From Hormiphora californensis (lineage: Eukaryota; Animalia; Ctenophora), in the NCBI GenBank assembly GCA_020137815.1, contig CM035359.1:1984001-2048000 (forward strand): 64,000 nt of DNA. The letters run 5' to 3'. The notes beneath the pieces were generated by a model that saw only the letters and a list, made by a program, of their open reading frames with translations, searched no databases and was not told where the DNA came from. Shown here piece after piece: positions 63,103-64,000 of this stretch (its first letter is position 1; each line of letters opens with the position of its first letter). A program made the position numbers and the translations under genes.

Positions 63103-64000
63103 TCAGTCACTAAATTGTGGGGGATCACTGTGTGCAGCTGCTGCCAGCTGCTGTGGAGGAGAAGAACGATCTTCAGTCACATTCTCATTAACTTCGTCCT
63201 CTCCGTGATTTTCTTGATCCTTGTCATTTCTAAAATGCTTCCTCATAAGCATAATAACACTGTTCCCTTTCTCCGTGATGGTGCTTGAGAAATCAGAAAT
63301 CTTGTTAGAAAGGTCCATCCACTCCACGATTATATTGTATAGATCCGTGTACAGTATTGGATTCAGCACGGAGTTGAGGGGTAATATTGCAATGGAAAAT
63401 GTCGAATACCATTCCGTCATGTCTACCACCTCGGCCGTGTGAAGGACACAACACACCAAAAAAGGGACCCAGCAACAGAAATCCGTGAGGATTATGGTCG
63501 AAATTTTGCTCTGAAGTTGCCGGTGTCTATCCAGAGCATTTTGTGGGGCAGCGGTGGCACTCTCCCTGGTACTAAGGATTACAATGAACAGATGACAAAC
63601 CACGACAACTACGAAACATGTGCAGTGTATGGCAAGGCCCAAAATCCATACAAACACTGCCTGAGGTTCACTGGGAAGGACAAAGTACTTGAAGATACAC
63701 GAAGCATCATTGGCATAGAAAGACTGTTTAACACCCTCAACCCCGGTAATGTCACTTGTAAACATAGCTCTAACGTCTTTTCTAATAGCCTCCCAGCTTA
63801 GTCCTCGAGTTTCACGGTAAACGGACTTGGTGTTGGCATCATTTCCAACGTAACCCTGGATAATGGCTGCGTGTTTCGCTTTGTCAACAAATCCAGTGAA
63901 GAGCTTAATGTCACCAGGGTATGATAGTCCATTTACAAACACATCCTCAAGGGGCGGCATTAGAGGAACGCAAGCAATCAATCCAGATATGACCACAATC
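63103..64000 (-). CDS. Rhodopsin-class GPCR, C-terminal TM4-TM7 part; paralog of 4885-8037; 5' part outside window
   Basis: EDVFVNGLSY..FYANDASCIFKYF, TDFCCWVPF, PLNSVLNPILY. Confidence 0.9.
   Translation of the reverse strand, partial: IVVISGLIACVPLMPPLEDVFVNGLSYPGDIKLFTGFVDKAKHAAIIQGYVGNDANTKSVYRETRGLSWEAIRKDVRAMFTSDITGVEGVKQSFYANDASCIFKYFVLPSEPQAVFVWILGLAIHCTCFVVVVVCHLFIVILSTRESATAAPQNALDRHRQLQSKISTIILTDFCCWVPFLVCCVLHTAEVVDMTEWYSTFSIAILPLNSVLNPILYTDLYNIIVEWMDLSNKISDFSSTITEKGNSVIMLMRKHFRNDKDQENHGEDEVNENVTEDRSSPPQQLAAAAHSDPPQFSD

Overview
Animal (metazoan) genomic DNA with short GT-AG introns and very dense DNA-transposon content. A ctenophore origin is my inference from the intronless LDLa-GPCRs, the nested-gene layout and the short introns; it is not shown by the sequence. 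Contents: (1) the 5' part of COG8 on the minus strand, 8 exons from ATG 11332 down to 159. Its ~9.5 kb intron 5 holds a 9.15 kb segment (1157-10309) bounded by poly-G/poly-C transposon ends and an ATGTTT target-site duplication (TSD); this segment carries an intronless LDLa-repeat GPCR gene on the opposite strand. (2) Nested DNA transposons at 12.3-17.3 kb, including an intron-containing hAT(m)-like transposase remnant. (3) A duplicated locus (block A 17.3-33.1 kb, block B 38.9-60.1 kb) encoding type-I multi-Ig receptors: signal peptide, up to ~16 Ig domains, TM, Tyr-motif tail. Four copies of an Ig module are near-identical except for a ~20-aa hypervariable patch in a V-type domain, so this is a candidate immune/allorecognition/self-recognition receptor system. 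(4) Two Penelope-type minimal hammerhead ribozyme insertions, a tRNA-derived SINE, a LINE remnant, Helentron-like elements, and many MITEs/foldbacks. (5) An intronless sulfotransferase-fold gene and the 3' end of a second, paralogous GPCR. Parts of the sequence (about 7-10 kb, 45.5-47 kb, 47-50 kb) look indel-noisy, so frameshifts and the A/B duplication need validation against reads.
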